Shown piece after piece: positions 24,256-28,955 of a stretch of DNA of 28,955 nucleotides. Source of the stretch: a virus. Its lineage: Duplodnaviria > Caudoviricetes. Where the stretch lies: the IMG/VR virus record IMGVR_UViG_3300017719_000122, positions 1 through 28,955 of that record; one strand, 5' to 3'. The position numbers and the translations under genes were made by a program. The notes below the pieces were generated by a model. That model made no database searches. It worked only from the letters and a program-made list of their open reading frames with translations, and had not been told where the DNA came from. Every line of letters begins with the position of its first letter. The stretch's first letter is position 1.

Positions 24256-24704
24256 TTTACTCCCTCAAAGTATATATTACGTAATTCTGGTGTGGTGTCT
24301 AAAAATTTAGGCAACTGATCGGAATATTCTGTATTACATGTTAGCATAGGTATTTCATGGCAATCATATGCAAGAAGCCCATATGGTTCTGCTCCGTTAT
24401 CATAAACGCCAGTATGCTGAACATGAAATTCAAATCTCCAATACCAAAAATTATCAAATTCTTTGTTGTTTTCTAATAAGAAACCAAAATCAGTGTCATC
24501 AATTCCAAATTCTATTTTATAAGGATAAGTTAAAATGTCAGGGGTACCTCGTAATGAGATACATTGTAAGATCGTGTCAAAATTTGCTTGAGAGTTTCGT
24601 TGTTGTCTCCAAAGATCAGTGTTATCCCCAATTGGCTTGGATCGATTTAACACATTCGTGTTAGTAATATCGAATAAGGTATAACATGCAATTCTTTGAC
24701 TCAT
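24252..24704 (-). CDS. Conserved hypothetical phage protein (150 aa)
   Basis: TLFDIT.T and QQRNSQANFDT.LQ.ISLR; preceded by a late promoter. Confidence 0.75.
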   Translation of the reverse strand: MSQRIACYTLFDITNTNVLNRSKPIGDNTDLWRQQRNSQANFDTILQCISLRGTPDILTYPYKIEFGIDDTDFGFLLENNKEFDNFWYWRFEFHVQHTGVYDNGAEPYGLLAYDCHEIPMLTCNTEYSDQLPKFLDTTPELRNIYFEGVK

Positions 24705-24709
24705 GTAAC

Positions 24710-24717
24710 TATTTAGT
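24710..24717 (-). promoter_or_regulatory. Late promoter variant ACTAAATA, 5 nt before the ATG at 24704 (leaderless)
   Basis: Minus strand ACTAAATA-GTTAC-ATG. Confidence 0.65.
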
Positions 24718-24721
24718 AGCC

Positions 24722-24752
24722 AAAAAAAAGCCTCTAATAAAAGAGGCTTTTT
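24722..24752 (-). terminator. Rho-independent terminator after the 24768..25172 gene
   Basis: Minus strand AAAAAGCCTCT-TTTATT-AGAGGCTTTTTTTT. Confidence 0.8.
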
Positions 24753-24767
24753 AATAAGTTAATAAAC

Positions 24768-25172
24768 TTACTCAGCGTTGAATGTTACGCCTGTAGCAGA
24801 AGTAGTAACTGCATATCCTAGAGCCGCTGTTAAAGCCACGTCTAAGTCACCTGCGTTGGTGAAGTCCCATCCCATTGTTGGGAATAATGCTAGGTTTAAT
24901 ACGTTTGCACCTGATCCGCCTGAAGTATCCATTTCATAGATCGCAATTGTTGATCTAGTTTGAATAGTGTCTACTGCTTTTTTCAAGTCAGCTCCAGGTA
25001 GAGTTGCTGATGCTTCTCCTGTGAAAGTTACGATACCAAACTGAAGTTTAGGACCTTGTACGTTTACTGCTTTACCAGTTGTGTATGCATTTAAACCACC
25101 ATTAGTGTATGAATCTGCATCTTGGTGAAAGACTGGTTGAAAGTCACTGTTTGCTTTTGTAAATTGTGCCAT
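24768..25172 (-). CDS. Small virion structural protein, possibly capsid decoration (134 aa)
   Basis: Start reassigned to MAQFTKAN because of an AAGGA SD. It has its own late promoter, structured leader and terminator, which suggests high expression. Confidence 0.7.
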   Translation of the reverse strand: MAQFTKANSDFQPVFHQDADSYTNGGLNAYTTGKAVNVQGPKLQFGIVTFTGEASATLPGADLKKAVDTIQTRSTIAIYEMDTSGGSGANVLNLALFPTMGWDFTNAGDLDVALTAALGYAVTTSATGVTFNAE

Positions 25173-25255
25173 TTTTCTATTTCCTTTTGTTTTGAAAGTA
25201 CACGTTCCATGCACTTTATATTATTTTGAATCTCAACCATTGAGATTCATACAAG

Positions 25256-25263
25256 TATTTATG
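25256..25263 (-). promoter_or_regulatory. Late promoter CATAAATA for the 24768..25172 gene
   Basis: Minus strand CATAAATA-CTTGT-ATG(uORF), followed by hairpins. Confidence 0.65.
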
Positions 25264-25291
25264 CCGGATGTAAAAAAATTGGGTGTTTGGA

Positions 25292-26446
25292 TTAACTTCT
25301 TGCCGCTAGATTTTGACGGGCAAAACCCATTCTGTTGACAAATTTGAGATCATTTGCAACGAAACCTTCTTGTGTTTCAGTGCCATCATCTAAGTAACCT
25401 TTGATAGGACTTGACTTTGCGGCGTTGTCTAATTGATCAACAACGTCTTGTTTTAGATTGTATAGAGCAATCCATATTTTAAATGCTCCTAATACACCTT
25501 GTTTATGTGCGTTTAGATGAACAGATATTTTTTCTCTCATAGAGTCTGTCATTTTTCTATTCTCTACGAATTCAATAAAATCTTTGTATAAGTTTCTTAA
25601 GTTGCCAGATACAATTTTCTTGTTAACGTATACAGTGAACAATTGATTGAATGAATTTCTTGCTTGAGGTGCAGTACTAAACAATCCTTTAACAGCAGGA
25701 CCATATTGATTAATAACTTTTTCTACTTGCTGTTTGAGTTCTTTATTAATTTTTAGTTGAGGAGTAACTGGCATCTTACTAGGCACTATTGCTACTTCTG
25801 AATTGTTTTTCAAATTACCAATAGAACCATCGAGTGACGATGCTTCATTTGTTGTCATAGCATTTGCTGGAATAAATTGATGTACAGCAATCCCTGCTTG
25901 TTTGCCTTTGAGCAAATGTCCTGCTTCACTATCGACATCAACTGTGTACGCAATTCCCCCAGGGTTTGCTTTAAAACTGTAAAGACCATCTTTGTCTTGT
26001 AATGGTTGACTGAATAACAAGTCTCCCCAATAATAACCAGTAGACCCTCTGTCTGACTTTTCTAGTCCAGGCCATACAGTATCAATAATACGATACAAAT
26101 CACCTCTGTTTACGCCACGAGCCTTATCATATGCTTGAAATTCTTGTGGAGAGTAGACTAGTCTACCGCTACCATCTTTCTTATTGAACATGTGCTTGTC
26201 CATTATAGAAAATCTACCTTCAAGGTTGCGACCAAAGATTAATGCAGGATATCCGTCCCATTTAATTGTGATATTATTTGGGGATTGAATTGTTGCTTCT
26301 ATTTGTTTCAGTGCATGTCTTGCACCGTTCTCATCATCTAAAAACACCAAGTCTTCTGGATGATCCATATGACCTGCCGCTTCGACTATGTTGATTTTTT
26401 CTAGTTGTCGTAATGACTTAGCGATAACTTCAGTAAGAGTACTCAC
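25292..26446 (-). CDS. Conserved phage protein with ligase-like nucleotidyltransferase motifs (probably the DUF6267 family)
   Basis: HMDHPEDL, ITIKWDGYPALIFG, YYWGDLLF, EGFV and LKFVNR..F; GTG start. Confidence 0.65.
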   Translation of the reverse strand: MSTLTEVIAKSLRQLEKINIVEAAGHMDHPEDLVFLDDENGARHALKQIEATIQSPNNITIKWDGYPALIFGRNLEGRFSIMDKHMFNKKDGSGRLVYSPQEFQAYDKARGVNRGDLYRIIDTVWPGLEKSDRGSTGYYWGDLLFSQPLQDKDGLYSFKANPGGIAYTVDVDSEAGHLLKGKQAGIAVHQFIPANAMTTNEASSLDGSIGNLKNNSEVAIVPSKMPVTPQLKINKELKQQVEKVINQYGPAVKGLFSTAPQARNSFNQLFTVYVNKKIVSGNLRNLYKDFIEFVENRKMTDSMREKISVHLNAHKQGVLGAFKIWIALYNLKQDVVDQLDNAAKSSPIKGYLDDGTETQEGFVANDLKFVNRMGFARQNLAARS

Positions 26447-26448
26447 TA

Positions 26449-27129
26449 TTATCTCGTTTTCAATGCTGGTATTTTTTCTGCTCTTATTGCTGATTGAGTT
26501 TTAGATTCTGCGACAGTACCTTTTATGCCACCTACAGGTTCTATCATTTTTGGCCCTTGACTACTGAAGTCTGATCCATCAATCTCTGCACCAACAACTT
26601 CAGCGTTTGCTGTACCACCATCGTCACCACCATCGTCATTTGCAGGGGGATTTGCAGGCGGTGTTGGTTCATTCATGCCTTCTGGTGCTTGTGTAGCCAG
26701 CCATGTCGCATTAGCCAAATCACGTACTAGAGATTCTTTATAAGTACCATCGTCCCATTGTTCTTGCATAACTCTAAATATTCGATTTGAATATGTTTTT
26801 AATTTTTGACCTATTTCTAAACCTCTTGTAAACTCTAAATACCAATTAGACATGTAATTTTCTAATGTCATTTGATCTTCTTCTGGAGCCTTTCCAGGTT
26901 TTGCGAGATATGAAAAATCTGAATCTAACTGGCCTTTTACTAAATCATAGATTTTATTCATCATGTCTTCTACAAAATAACCTCTTGCTAACTGTGATTT
27001 AGAATTTTTTCCTTTAAGTTTAAATTTTGATGTGTCACGTTGACGACCGCCATTATTTCCTGATTGGCCTTTCTTTTCTCTATTATGCATATTATGCATT
27101 GCTTCAGTTATGATGTCATTACTTAACAT
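26449..27129 (-). CDS. Hypothetical protein (226 aa), putative internal head protein
   Basis: Starts MLSNDIITE; low-complexity PPANPPANDDGGDDGG segment; AGGA SD. Confidence 0.7.
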   Translation of the reverse strand: MLSNDIITEAMHNMHNREKKGQSGNNGGRQRDTSKFKLKGKNSKSQLARGYFVEDMMNKIYDLVKGQLDSDFSYLAKPGKAPEEDQMTLENYMSNWYLEFTRGLEIGQKLKTYSNRIFRVMQEQWDDGTYKESLVRDLANATWLATQAPEGMNEPTPPANPPANDDGGDDGGTANAEVVGAEIDGSDFSSQGPKMIEPVGGIKGTVAESKTQSAIRAEKIPALKTR

Positions 27130-27138
27130 GTATGTTTC

Positions 27139-27375
27139 CTAAATCTTTTTAATAGTTTTTGTAAATCGACTATTATCTCTACCACGAATAGAACTCAATA
27201 ATTTCTTTTCTAGTAATTGTGCTTGATCATCACTATAATTTCGTTGAATATATTCAATAAGGTTCAATGCACTGGAAATAATATGATTTCCACGTGACTC
27301 TACAATGTGGGGTACATCGCGGTTTTGCCCAATCGATTCGAGTTCTTCTAATAAACTTCTTGTTTTCTTTTGCAT
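27139..27375 (-). CDS. Conserved small hypothetical phage protein (78 aa)
   Basis: MQKKTRSLLEEL...ESR..HIISSA.NL; late-promoter variant upstream. Confidence 0.75.
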   Translation of the reverse strand: MQKKTRSLLEELESIGQNRDVPHIVESRGNHIISSALNLIEYIQRNYSDDQAQLLEKKLLSSIRGRDNSRFTKTIKKI

Positions 27376-27401
27376 AGTGATTCTCTTAAATCCGTGTATA
27401 G

Positions 27402-27409
27402 TATTTAGT
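27402..27409 (-). promoter_or_regulatory. Late promoter variant ACTAAATA heading the 27375-to-25292 operon
   Basis: Minus strand ACTAAATA-CTATA...AAGAGAATCACT-ATG. Confidence 0.55.
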
Positions 27410-27437
27410 CTACATTAGCCAATTAACACTAAATTCT

Positions 27438-28865
27438 TTAGTTTGTGTCTTTGAGGTTGTTCAATAATGATTTTAGTTTAGAACCTTGAACGTCTGCAAC
27501 AACCTTTTTATTTGCAGGATCAACTTGATCCTGAACAATTTGATCTGTTACTCCAACACTAGAACTAGTTTTAAACTTGTCCATGATCGATTGTGCTGAT
27601 TGTTGAGGAGCATCTGTTGCAGTACCTGATACTGTTGCAGTGCCAGGGTCTGTAATACGCAATGTTTCAACATCAAATGCTAGTTCGACTTTTTGTCCTA
27701 CACCAGAACTTGATCTTGTCTTCATTAACTGAATCTGATACTGTCCACGTTCTCTCATACTGCGTGATGTAAAGATACCAAACACATTGTCTGCTGTGTT
27801 GATCTTACTGATACCACCTGAGATATGACTGTGATCGAATTCTATTTCTTCTACTGCACTTCTGTTTAACTGTGATGCAGTTACAAAGATTATATCTAAT
27901 TCTTTTGCTAAGTTACGCAATTCTTCTGATACATACTTGTCTTTAACATACAAGTCACTCGGACTTACTTTAGCACTTACAGGCATCAACAAGTCTAAGT
28001 AGTCAACACATAAAAAGTCTAGTTTCATACCTGTTTGTATCTGCAACTCTTTACAATATGCTCTCAGATCGTTTACAGTAGATTGAGCAGGCATGTATTT
28101 GATTCGTAATTGACCAGCCGCTTTCTGCTTCATCTTCACTTTCATTTCAACATTGTCTAAATCTTTAAAGATTTCTTTTGCGCCAGTATCAGTAACCATT
28201 GAATCAATTCTCATTGCTGATAAATGCTCACTCAACTCTAAAGTGATATAGATACCAGAAAGACCAGCAAGAATCCAATTTACTGAAAGATTTTGCATGA
28301 ACAATGACTTACCAGAACCTGATCCACCTGCAAAGATTTGTAGTTCTCCACGATTAAATCCACCATAAAGTTTCTGATCAAGTACAGGCCATCCTGTAGA
28401 CGATTGACCATTGCTTGTTTTTAGATGCATCAAACGAGCCCTAGGATCATCAAAATAGTCAACACCCATATCTCTTAACAATGATATTTGTACTGCATCT
28501 TTAATTAACTTTTCGACAGGATCATAATCACCTTTCTCTAGTAAATCTGCTGATGCCATGATTGCTCGTTCTAGTTCTTGTCTACGAGTAAATGCTTCAA
28601 ACTCAGTCATAAACCATTCATAGTGTCCTTCATCTAAGTCAGGAACTAAATCTATATCAACGCCTGTTGTTGCTTTAATTTGTGTCGAGTCAGGCAATAT
28701 TTTATATTGATCTGAATGTTCTCTCATAAACTCTGCAACAGGTCGTAGTCTTCTGTCAAAGTTTTCTGCATTAAAAATATTAGTGATCCTAACAAACAAC
28801 TCTGCGTTTGTTACCATCATTCGCAAGAACAGTTCTTGCACCTCTGCGTTAAATTCTTTTAGCAA
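27438..28865 (-). CDS. gp41: Replicative DnaB-like helicase (T4 gp41-like)
   Basis: Walker A GGSGSGKS, TLELSE, Walker B VDYLDL, TASQLNR and KTR. TTG start with a GAGGA SD. Confidence 0.93.
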   Translation of the reverse strand: MLKEFNAEVQELFLRMMVTNAELFVRITNIFNAENFDRRLRPVAEFMREHSDQYKILPDSTQIKATTGVDIDLVPDLDEGHYEWFMTEFEAFTRRQELERAIMASADLLEKGDYDPVEKLIKDAVQISLLRDMGVDYFDDPRARLMHLKTSNGQSSTGWPVLDQKLYGGFNRGELQIFAGGSGSGKSLFMQNLSVNWILAGLSGIYITLELSEHLSAMRIDSMVTDTGAKEIFKDLDNVEMKVKMKQKAAGQLRIKYMPAQSTVNDLRAYCKELQIQTGMKLDFLCVDYLDLLMPVSAKVSPSDLYVKDKYVSEELRNLAKELDIIFVTASQLNRSAVEEIEFDHSHISGGISKINTADNVFGIFTSRSMRERGQYQIQLMKTRSSSGVGQKVELAFDVETLRITDPGTATVSGTATDAPQQSAQSIMDKFKTSSSVGVTDQIVQDQVDPANKKVVADVQGSKLKSLLNNLKDTN

Positions 28866-28955
28866 TTTTATTCCTCATAACTTCTATTTTAATTTTACTA
28901 TTAGTTGCGGCTTCCAATATACTTATTAAAGTAGGAAGTCTCCCATATTTTATCA
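28849..28955 (-). CDS. 3' end of a probable DNA primase gene (partial)
   Basis: Not in the ORF track: ...IKYGRLPTLISILEAATNSKIKIEVMRNKIAKRI*, overlapping the helicase start. The primase call is based on position next to the helicase. Confidence 0.55.
   Translation of the reverse strand, partial: IKYGRLPTLISILEAATNSKIKIEVMRNKIAKRI

Noticed and set aside
16325-24664. Short ORFs inside the virion protein, tail fibre, exonuclease, iscA and 24252..24704 genes
   Set aside because: They are antisense or alternate-frame shadows, common in Thr/Gly/Ala-rich genes.
1-28955. Stop-codon reassignment, introns or inteins
   Set aside because: Conserved genes are intact under code 11 and end in TAA, TAG and TGA; no intein motifs or split genes were seen.

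Overview
This is a gene-dense, AT-rich segment (GC roughly 35%, estimated by eye) of a large T4-like (Tevenvirinae-related) myovirus genome, probably an uncultured aquatic phage of a proteobacterial host. It holds a head-completion/neck/tail module: gp4-like nuclease, tube-like baseplate protein, tail tube gp19, an enlarged 1212-aa sheath gp18, neck gp13/gp14 and gp15, and a tail fibre with a C-terminal chaperone. It also holds nucleotide and replication genes (dNMP kinase, NUDIX, PD-(D/E)XK exonuclease, DnaB-like helicase gp41, end of a probable primase), an IscA auxiliary gene, two related glycosyltransferase-like ORFs, an SGNH-like ORF and a cluster of putative internal head proteins. Four signals not explained by the gene list stand out. 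(1) A T4-type late promoter (G/A/C)ATAAATA or ACTAAATA precedes most structural genes, and in at least six cases it sits exactly 5 nt before the ATG with no Shine-Dalgarno, implying leaderless late mRNAs. (2) The motifs AGCT and GCWGC are almost absent, which shows up as a forced Ala-Ala codon choice. (3) Several late genes have structured 5' leaders, two of them with leaderless uORFs. (4) A KWDG ligase-like nucleotidyltransferase lies among the putative capsid-packaged proteins. I found no tRNA, rRNA, CRISPR array or transposase. All family assignments come from motif recognition by eye, not database searches.
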